In this document: positions 10,253-18,451 of the stretch, in pieces | Layout of the letters: the number at the start of each line of letters is the position of its first letter | Numbering within the stretch: the first letter of the stretch is position 1 | Source: Azolla caroliniana | Taxonomy: Eukaryota; Plantae; Polypodiophyta | Assembly (NCBI GenBank): GCA_043228905.1 | Contig: JBHGNT010000632.1 | Location: 1 to 18,755, forward strand | DNA: 18,755 bases | Direction: 5' to 3' | Translations under genes and position numbers: made by a program | Notes under the pieces: model-generated | Told to the model about the DNA's origin: nothing | Database searches by the model: none | The model's input: only the letters and a program-made list of their open reading frames with translations

Positions 10253-10440
10253 TAGGGATTGGCAACAGTTTGGTTTAGGCTTAACCAGTTTGGCCTTATC
10301 CAAGCTAAACTGGTTAAGCCAAAACCGTTTTGGGGTTCTCAAATCGGAACCAAACCAAACCAAATTGATCCCTAAATTGGTTTAGGCTAAACCGCTTTGG
10401 CCTAAACTGGTTTGTGAATCAGTTTGGGAACCAGCTTGTG
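10253..10440. mobile_element. Foldback / hAT-type MITE-like element
   Basis: TAGGGAT (10253) ... ATCCCTA (10374) inverted ends; internal 23-bp inverted repeat 10272-10294/10304-10326; many AAACC/GGTTT motifs. No 8-bp TSD found. Confidence 0.55.
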
Positions 10441-10739
10441 AACCTCACCATTATTTTTCTTCCCCTCAACCTCTAACATCATCATCACCACCATCTTAGA
10501 TACAAATATATGATGGCTTTGGAGACATGCATGCCAATTTCCTTGCTTCTACAAGACACCTTGCTTGCTAACACATGGACATGGCTTGCTCTAGGTTTTG
10601 CCACCATAGCCACCTTAATCCGAGCTTTATTCACTCAGCCTCGTCTATATGAACCTCTCTCTCTTCCTCCCACAAATCAATCCACTATTTAGTATACAGG
10701 CTCCCTCCTCTCTCCCTCCCTTTCTCTCATGAGATAGAA

Positions 10740-12582
10740 GGGCATGCAAACTCATAAAGATTGGTATCGCACCTTTTATTGGGATGGATGAGATATAATA
10801 GATGATCGTGCTACTAATTGATGCCGTGCGGCCCATTTGATAGAAAAAACACCTAAGATGATGTTATGGAATTGTAACAACGCACTTTGGGCACATCTTG
10901 GCCGCCTAGAGGACATATTAAAGGTATTAGATATACTTTTCTTGGTAGAAACACACCAAAACCTAAATAGAGGACTCCCACGAGTCGAAGGGTTTCATGG
11001 GGAGTCCTTATTTAGACAAACTTCATGTTGACACATTACCAAAGGATTTGGAGGTGTTGCAATATTGTTTTAGAGAGAGCTATATAATTTGGATAGAAAT
11101 ACTAAGGACGGACCTAAAAGCTTGTTTTATGTGGGTGAAAGTCTTCACTAGCAAGGATTGGGCAGTATTTTTTGCCATTTGTTACTTTCCCTTGAAAGGA
11201 TCCCGTTATAATATGGCTGGAGAGGCGAGATTAGTTGATGAAAGAGTGCCACATGGGCCTTCTCCATATGAACCTTTATCGAATGACATAATCTAATATT
11301 CTTCCTATGGAGAAGTCTTCCATGTAGGAGATTTCAATGCGAGAATCCAATCCTGAAAATGCACAATATTTTAGATGAATATAAACCTAGAAATAGTAAA
11401 TGTCGATCTTTTAGATAGGCACCACACGTAGTCAAAAGTTCAAGGTGCAGACGCCATGAGCTTTGGTCATCATCCGCTTGAACTTGGCAATCAACATCAT
11501 ATAATCATATATAATGGTTTAGCCACAAAATAGATGGTATGATGAAGATTGTAGGGACTCACATAGACAACTAAAAGTATCACAACTTAGTTACTATCAC
11601 CTTAGTACAAGCTCACAAATGTGCAAGATGACATGTCGTAAGAGATGAGCGTGGGAAGCATCCCAATATTGGGAACTCTACCATATGCTCATGAGTAGCG
11701 ATTGCGCCATTGTGTGGAAGAGACTACGGGAACCTAGAGTCAAGACCACAAACACCCATCGAGGATCCCAACACTTGGCACACATATACAGAGAGACTTT
11801 ACCAAGACTAAAACTAGCCACCCATTCCAATGCCTTCTACACCCCGACCTACCATGGGGACACTTTTCACGATCTCTAGGGTCATGATGGTCATAAAGAA
11901 ATTATAATATAAGAAGTCCATGGACCACACAGGATTGCGAGTAGAACACATAATATATGTGCATGAGTACCTAGCACCCTTTCTAATTTTAATCTTCAAT
12001 CGAGCCCTTGTCAAGGGTTTTCCACCATAGTGGCCTATGAACACAATTACCCCCATACATAAAGGAGGGGACCCCATGGACCCAAATACATATAGGACCA
12101 TTATGATAGGCCATACACTTGCTAAATTATATGATGCAATAATGGAAGCAGAGCTTAACGAATATATGGAAACCTTAAATCTTTGAGCACCTGAATAGGA
12201 TGGCTTTAGACGAGCCTTCTCTACTATTGCTTAATTGACCAAACAAAGGCTCGCAAGCAGAAATTATACTGTTGTTTTGTGGACTTTCGCAAAGCCTTTG
12301 ACATAGTCCCTAGAGAGCAGTTGTTTGATAGGCTTAAAAGCTTGAAGATGCAAGATAACATGATTTGGGCCACCTATGCACTATATGAGCTAGTCTTCGA
12401 GTGCATACGATACCCAAGTGGCCTTTCCGATTGCTTCACTAGTTCTATTGGTGTAAAGAAAGGTTGCCCCCTCTCACCGACTCCTTTTGGGATCTACATT
12501 GATGAGATCACGGATTTTATTTCTCGAAAGGGGGGTATATAGGTTCATATCTTGCTTTATGCAGACGACATAATTTTTCTCT
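10740..12582 (+). mobile_element. LINE copy A, decayed: ORF1 tail, AP-endonuclease, RT up to YADD
   Basis: EN motifs MMLWNC, ILFLVETH, VGDFNAR. RT motifs PIHKGGD..NTYRTIMIGHTLAKLY, CCFVDFRKAFDIVPR, GVKKGCPLSPTPFGIYID, ILLYADD (YADD at 12558-12569). Many stops and frameshifts; both ends truncated. Confidence 0.93.
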
Positions 12583-13459
12583 GTAAGTTCCAACTAAAAG
12601 TGACTCCCATATATACATATGTTCCAACTACCTCGATTGGTTTATGAGAGAGGATTAGGTGACATTTACTCCTAATGCGAGACGATGTATGAAAGATAAG
12701 GACTTTAGTTTTCGCTAGATTCATTACCAATCCTCATTATGTGCAAAAGTCATCTAGGGCATTAAGGTGCTTTTGTAGGTCGTGTTCAGACCCCAAGAGC
12801 AAAACTATGTCGTCCACGTAGAGTAAGAAACTAACTTGCATACCCCCAATGGCTACTCCGTTGCTTTTGTGACGAGCAATAAAATCAGTGATCTCATCAA
12901 TGTAGATCCCAAAAAGAGTCGGTGATAGAGGGCAACCTTGTTTTACACCAATGGTGCTGGTGAAGCAATTAGATAGGCCACCCGAGCATCTTACACACCC
13001 AAAGACTTACTCCTATAGGGCATAGATGACTCAGATAATGTTATTTGGTATCTCCAAGCTTTTAAGCCTATCAAATAATCGCTCCCTAGGGAATGTGTCA
13101 AAGGCTTTGCAAAAGTCCACAAAACAACAATATAGTTTCTTCTTGCGAGCCTTCGTTTGGTCAATTAAGCATCGAAGTGTGAAGATATGGTCAATAGTGG
13201 AGAAGGCTTATCTAAAACCAGCATGTGCAGGTGCTCGAATACTTAAGGTTTCCATATAATCGCTGAGATTTGGCTCCATTATTGTACCATTTAATTTAGC
13301 GAGCGTATAATGGTCCTATAATGTATTTGGGTCCCCTCCTTTATGTATAGGGGCCAATGTGGTGGGAAACCCTCGGTGAGGGCGCGATTGAAGATTAGAG
13401 TGAGAAATGGGGCTAGGCACTCTTGAGCATATATGATGTATTCGGCCCCCAATCCTGTG
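12583..13459 (-). mobile_element. LINE copy B, RT portion (decayed)
   Basis: The minus strand encodes CCFVDFCKAFDTFPR, GVKQGCPLSPTLFGIYID, FLLYVDD, NLAKTKVLIF and YVYMGVTFS; it is an inverted homologue of 11930-12582. Confidence 0.93.
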
Positions 13460-13465
13460 TGTCAT

Positions 13466-13536
13466 GATATGGTAAGACTTGAACCCATGACCTTATGCTA
13501 CATGGGTCGAGCTCTTGACCATTAGACCATACCTTG
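13466..13536 (-). promoter_or_regulatory. tRNA-derived Pol III promoter-like cassette (A box + B box), antisense in LTR U3
   Basis: Minus strand: A box TGGTCTAATGG (13529-13519), a 33-nt spacer containing the variable-loop-like AGGTC near its end, and B box GGTTCAAGTC (13485-13476). Acceptor and anticodon stems do not pair well, so it is not a functional tRNA. Confidence 0.7.
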
Positions 13537-13643
13537 TAATACGTAGAATATTATTTTCATTTATGTTTTATTATAGAAAATTGATGTATATTCCAGATTT
13601 CTCTGGAACAATCTAGAAACTTTAGGAGTATTCCTCAAAACAC

Positions 13644-13650
13644 TATAAAA
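13644..13650 (+). promoter_or_regulatory. LTR TATA box
   Basis: CTATAAAAGG consensus 34 nt upstream of the inferred transcript start at 13678. Confidence 0.75.
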
Positions 13651-13880
13651 GGAGGCATAAGGCATTATTTCAAACCTAATCGGTTCAACGCCAATCTTAA
13701 GCCTCCTAACTAATATTGTACATTCTATTCACATAATATATATATTTTCTTATCATTACTCTCTCTCTCTCTCTCCCTCTCACTCACTCTTTCCTTCTCT
13801 CGAGAGTTCTTCACCTCTCTTAGTACTAATACTTCTTTTAGTACTAATTCCTTCTCTGTCTTAGTACTGTTCCTTACAGT

Positions 13881-13891
13881 TTGAACCGATT
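13881..13891 (+). other. Self-priming primer binding site
   Basis: TTGAACCGATT, 2 nt after the LTR end, is the exact reverse complement of AATCGGTTCAA at 13678-13688. There is no TGG-starting tRNA PBS. Confidence 0.85.
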
Positions 13892-13972
13892 TCTTCTCGT
13901 TCTTCCTTCCATATCTTCCTTTCCTCCTCTTCCTTTTATCTTCTTATTAATCCTCTTATCCTCCCTAGTAAA

Positions 13973-15086
13973 ATGGAAACTGTTAACGCTTAGGAATACC
14001 AATCTATTTTCTTGGAGCTCTAGTGCTTAAAAGAGAAATTTGTAGCACTAGAACAAGAAAATCATCGTTTGTTGGGGGATCTTCAACAAATAGCATTGGA
14101 AAAACAACATGGGGAGCTGACGTTACGTGTACAACAACTCGAAGCGACTATCGTATCATTACAACAAGGATCAAGCACTCAAGGGATTCACAAAGAACCC
14201 AAGATCGGTCATCCTGCAAAATTTGATGGGTCGATCATAGTTTAGAGGGTTTTTGAATCTGGTACATTTATTCATATAAATGCATCCTTCTCGATATCCC
14301 ACTGATGTATCATGAGTGGGACTAGTAGGCACTCTCCTTAGTGGCTCATCGTTAGCATGGTTTGCTCCATTGTTGGAAAAGGAATCTCCATTACTAAACA
14401 ATTTTGAAGAATTTATAAGTGGAAATATTGACAGCATAAGGATTGCAATCAACAAAATCCGGCGATTACGCCAAGGTGATCGTCTAGCCTTCACATACGC
14501 TGCAGATTTTCGCCTACTTGCTACTGATATCCCGTGGGATGATCACACCTTGATGGAGCAATTTCGTTATGGTTTACTCAACGATGTCAAGGATTTACTC
14601 TTGACCTTCCCCAAAGAGCCAAAGTCATTAATAGAAGCAATAAGTCGCGTGGTGAGATGCGACAACCGCCTCTTCGAACGACGTTCAAAATGACAATTTT
14701 AGATTTCGAGGGCAAGATCAGAGCCTGCCTACGCCTCAATGGTAGCAAAACCTTTTTCGAGGGAGTCATATAATGCGCCTCCAGTAAGTACTCCAATTCC
14801 GATGGAAATTAACACCACACATTGTCGTGGACCGCTATCGGAGGAAGAAAAGCAACAACGCCGAGCAAACCGATTATGTCTTTATTGCGGTGGACTAGGG
14901 CATATCGCGGTAAACTGTTCCCATAGGCCAAGAAGGCAGGTAAACCAAATAGTTGCTAGTTCTAATTGTACTAAACCCGAGTCTATTTTAGTAGGGATAT
15001 TTGATAGTCCTAATAGTACTAATAGCCCAAATCTAGTGAACAAATTTGATGTCCTTAGTCAGTTAGAAGAAGAGTTAAACGACTAA
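13973..15086 (+). pseudogene. gag: gag (disrupted): coiled-coil N-terminus, capsid domain, CCHC zinc knuckle
   Basis: ATG at 13973; KEPKIGHPAKFDG; LRQGD...YAADFRLLA...EQFRYGL; CLYCGGLGHIAVNC at 14877-14918; internal TAG/TGA stops and frameshift. Confidence 0.92.
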
Positions 15087-16730
15087 GTCTAGCCAAAATA
15101 GGAGCCGTTTGGTTGGATAGCCCTAGATTTGTGCAACCCATTAGTGGTTTCATTCCCTCTAAGCAAGTTAGCAATGTGTTCGTAGCCCAAGTAACAATTA
15201 GTACTAAAAGTACCCCTCCAGTACATGTCGTAGCACTTCTAGATTTCGGAGCTAATTCTTGCTTCATGGATAGGAACTTTGCCCAAGCTAATCAAATATC
15301 ACTCGAAAAACTCCCGTGTCCAGCCTCTATAGTAGTCATTGATGGTCGTCCCATTACTTCCAGAAATATCATAGAAGAGTGAAAGCCCGTTAATATTGTC
15401 CTAGATAATCTAGCATGTGTAGTATTATTTAATATAATTAGCATCCCAAAACACCCCATTGTTTTAAGATTACCATGGCTCGAATTACATAACCCAGACA
15501 TAGATAAAGTACAAGCCAATACGCTTCTTGACCATCGATCGTATGATTGCCCCATCGATTTACAACCGGGGAAAGAGCCACCATGGGGATCGATCTACAA
15601 TTTGTCACCAATCGAGTTAGAAGTCTTGCGAGCCTATATAGAGGAGAATTTGGAAAATGGTTTCATTTGGCATTCAAAATCTCTAGCTGGCGCACCCATT
15701 TTCTTCGTCAAGAAAAAGGATGGATCACTTTGTCTCGTTGTAGATTATCGGGGAAAGAGCCACCATGGGGACCGATCTACAATTTGTCACCAATCGAGTT
15801 AGAAGTCTTGCGAGCCTATATAGAGGAGAATTTGGAAAATGGTTTCATTTGGCATTCAAAATCTCTAGCTGGCGCACCCATTTTCTTCGTCAAGAAAAAG
15901 GATGGATCACTTTGTCTCGTTGTAGATTATCGGGGAAAGAGCCACCATGGGGACCGATCTACAATTTGTCACCAATCGAGTTAGAAGTCCTACGAGCCTA
16001 TATAGAGGAGAATTTGGAAAATGGTTTCATTTGGCATTCGAAATCTCTAGCTGGCGCACCCATTTTCTTTGTCAAGAAAAAGGATGGATGACTTTGTCTC
16101 GTTTTAGATTACCGTGGCTTGATTAATGTGACAATCAGAAATAGGTATGCACTTCCCCTTATCTCAAGTCTTTTAGAACGGATTAATGGTGCTAGGTTCT
16201 TCACGAAGATCGACTTATGGGGAGCCTATAACCTCATACGGATCCGACCAGGAGATAAATGGAAGACCGCGTTTCGCACCAAATATGGACACTTCGAGTA
16301 TACAGCCATGCCGTTCGGCCTCACTAATGCGCCAACCGTCTTCAAGCACATGACAAATGATATATTCCGAGATCTCTTGGATGTTTGTTTGATCATCTAT
16401 TTGGATGATCTACTGGTTTATTTGAAGACCCAAGAAGAGCATGATTCTCATGTACTGTTAGTACTAAAATGACTTCGAGAACATGGTCTTTATGCAAAGT
16501 TGGGAAAATGTAGTTTTGGGTGCAACTAGGTGGAATTTCTGGGCTATGTCATTTCCTCGGAAGGCATCTCCAAAATTACATTTCAGGACGCTCGTGTGTT
16601 AAATCGACATCAAGCTCGGTGGGCCCACTTCCTCACGCATTTCGACTTCAAAATTACATATCGTTCGGGGAAGCACCAAGGGAAGGCAGATGCATTATCA
16701 CTGCGTTCGTACCTAGCACCGCGTCCTAGC
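15074..16730 (+). pseudogene. pol: pol (disrupted): aspartic protease, RT, RNase H tail; integrase absent
   Basis: VALLDFGANSCFMD protease motif; [37 protein letters not shown] (16398-16409); QARWAHFL...KADALS RNase H C-terminus. Confidence 0.95.
15567..16112 (+). repeat. 3 x 182-bp tandem repeat inside the RT N-terminal region
   Basis: CGGGGAAAGAGCC recurs at 15567, 15749 and 15931. Confidence 0.97.
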
Positions 16731-16900
16731 TACAATTGTACATTTTCCTCACATAATATATATATTTTCTTATCATCACTCACTCACTCTCTCCCTCCCT
16801 CTCACTCACTCTTTCCTTCTCTTGAGAGTTTTTCACCTCTCTTAGTACTAATACTTCTTTTAGTACTAATTCCTTCTCTGTCTTAGTATTGTTCCTGACA
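16721..16900 (+). repeat. 3' LTR remnant (R/U5 part only)
   Basis: Roughly 90% identical by eye to 13701-13878; U3 and the PPT are missing. Confidence 0.9.
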
Positions 16901-18060
16901 CTATGTGGTCCATGGACTTCCTATTATGTATCTCTCTCTGAAATGGTATTGCAACCCCTCTAGACCCTCGAGTAGTGTGTCGACGTGAGGTTTGTCTAAA
17001 GATAGATTCCTAACGAAACCCTTTAACTTGTGGCAGTCCTCTATTTAGACTCTGATGTGTTTTTACTAAGAAAAGTATTTCAGATACCTTCAAAATCTCC
17101 TCTAGACGGCCAGGTTGTGTTCAAAGTGCACCAGTACAATTCCATAAAGTCATCCTAATTTTATTGTCTGTCACATGGGTCACACGCCATCAATTGGCAG
17201 TGCAATCATTTATTACCACTCGTTTATCTCGGTAAAAGGTGCGATGTCCTTCTTTACAATCTTGTATGACTCATGGCATACAAGTATTACGGTGCTCAAT
17301 TTGCATCTTGGTGAGGTCATCATCTAGGTAGATAGGGTCCCCACCTAGTCCTCGAAGAATTGGTGTCTTCTTAAAAAATGTGATTCCAGATTCCAAATCT
17401 TTAAACTAAAGGACTAAAGCTCTCTTTCTAGTAGTGTCACGTTCGACCCTCCAAGTTTTGGTGATTGGTAGGGCCTCTATGTACCCTAACATTTTCCCGA
17501 GTGTTTGTGCATCTTTATTGGGAGATGCCCCTTCCTTGAACCCAATGACACATACATTTAAACGTCGAGCTTGACGCATTTTCTATTCCTCAAGGGTAGT
17601 GTTTACAATATTTTCATCTTTTAGTTCCTTTTTAATGTTACATTTTACTACATCGACCCAACTGGCTTTTGCTAATTCCATGTCACTTTTTTCACCATCT
17701 TCCCTACATGTCTCGGGGTCATTAAGTGTTTCTGAAGTTTGATGTTTTCTATTTTAAGTTTCACGATTTTAGCTATAAGCATGTCTTTTTCTACCCTATC
17801 TTGTTGCTTTTGAGATTCGGTCTGTTTTGACCATTTTTCTATTTTAACTAAATGGTTAAAGACATCTAAGAATTCTTTCTTATAGTTTCTTCTTGTGTTT
17901 CCTTATGGTTTTTAGTTCATTTAGAAGCCATATTGTATTTCAAAAGATAAAAGAAAAGGACGAAAAAGGATGGAAAACTTAGTTCAGCATCGGTGGATGT
18001 CTCGTTCACTTCTTGAGCTCGCGAGACCTCGCGCGCCAAGTAAAAGCACCCACACCGTAG
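16901..18060 (-). mobile_element. LINE copy B, 5' portion (putative 5'UTR, ORF1, start of endonuclease)
   Basis: Resumes exactly where the LINE was broken by the LTR element. RMTLWNC...GSRGVAI is homologous to 10860-11080. ORF1 relic at 17931-17190. The 5' boundary is approximate. Confidence 0.88.
17190..17931 (-). pseudogene. LINE ORF1 relic (coiled coil + RRM + CTD, L1-ORF1p/Transposase_22-like)
   Basis: Manual translation: MASK*...(coiled coil)...RQARRLNVCVIGFKE...RALVL*FKD...IYLDDDLTKMQIEHR...TFYRDKRVVIND..N*; contains premature stops and a frameshift. Confidence 0.8.
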
Positions 18061-18451
18061 GAATGCACTCTAACGCACTCTACTGAACAACCCACGTATT
18101 CACACCCACAACAAACAATAGCAATGGTCACTCAACAACGACAATAGTCATAAACGACGATTAGTGTGATGTGGAGGCATTACAACAGATGACGACGACG
18201 ACGATGGTAGCACGACATGCAATTAGCACAAAGAGAGCTGTTAGTAGTAGAGAGAGAGGAGTAAGGAGCTGTTAATAGATAATGTTTCTAAGATTTACCA
18301 ACATGTAACGAATGAAGTTTTTCACCTGCACCACTCGACCTCTTCCTTGATGAAGGAGAAAACCAAAGAAGAACCAAACGCCCTCGGATGCTGGGTTTCA
18401 AAGCAACTTGACATGGTGTAGAAACAATTAAGAAAATAAGACATCAGAGGT

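Larger units (their letters stand above)
13460..13878 (+). repeat. 5' LTR (419 bp)
   Basis: TG...CA ends; 13701-13878 is repeated at 16721-16900; TATAAAA at 13644-13650. Confidence 0.9.
13460..16900 (+). mobile_element. Ty3/gypsy LTR retrotransposon (Tf1/sushi/Tcn1-like chromovirus group), internally deleted, nested in LINE B
   Basis: TGTCA...TGACA termini; 5-bp TSD CTGTG (13455-13459) / CTATG (16901-16905); gag-PR-RT-RNaseH order; removing it restores the LINE sequence AATCCTGTGTGGTCC seen in copy A. Confidence 0.95.

Noticed and set aside
13466-13536. Functional tRNA gene on the minus strand
   Set aside because: A and B boxes are present but acceptor and anticodon stems do not form; kept only as a tRNA-derived cassette.
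13591-13627. Heat-shock-element-like TTC/GAA motifs and a 7-bp hairpin in U3
   Set aside because: No intact run of three alternating nGAAn units.
13535-13878. Alternative 5' LTR boundary TGTAA...TTACA
   Set aside because: It gives no TSD match. LINE continuity breaks at 13459/13460, and TGTCA pairs with the 3' terminal TGACA.
14316-15086. Domesticated PEG10/RTL1-like host gene
   Set aside because: It has stops and frameshifts and lies between LTRs with a TSD; it is a decayed transposon gag.
15567-16112. CRISPR-like array
   Set aside because: The units are contiguous 182-bp copies of RT coding sequence with no unique spacers, in a eukaryotic context.
18304-18450. Possible LTR start TGTAACG
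   Set aside because: No second copy, PBS or TSD visible in the window.
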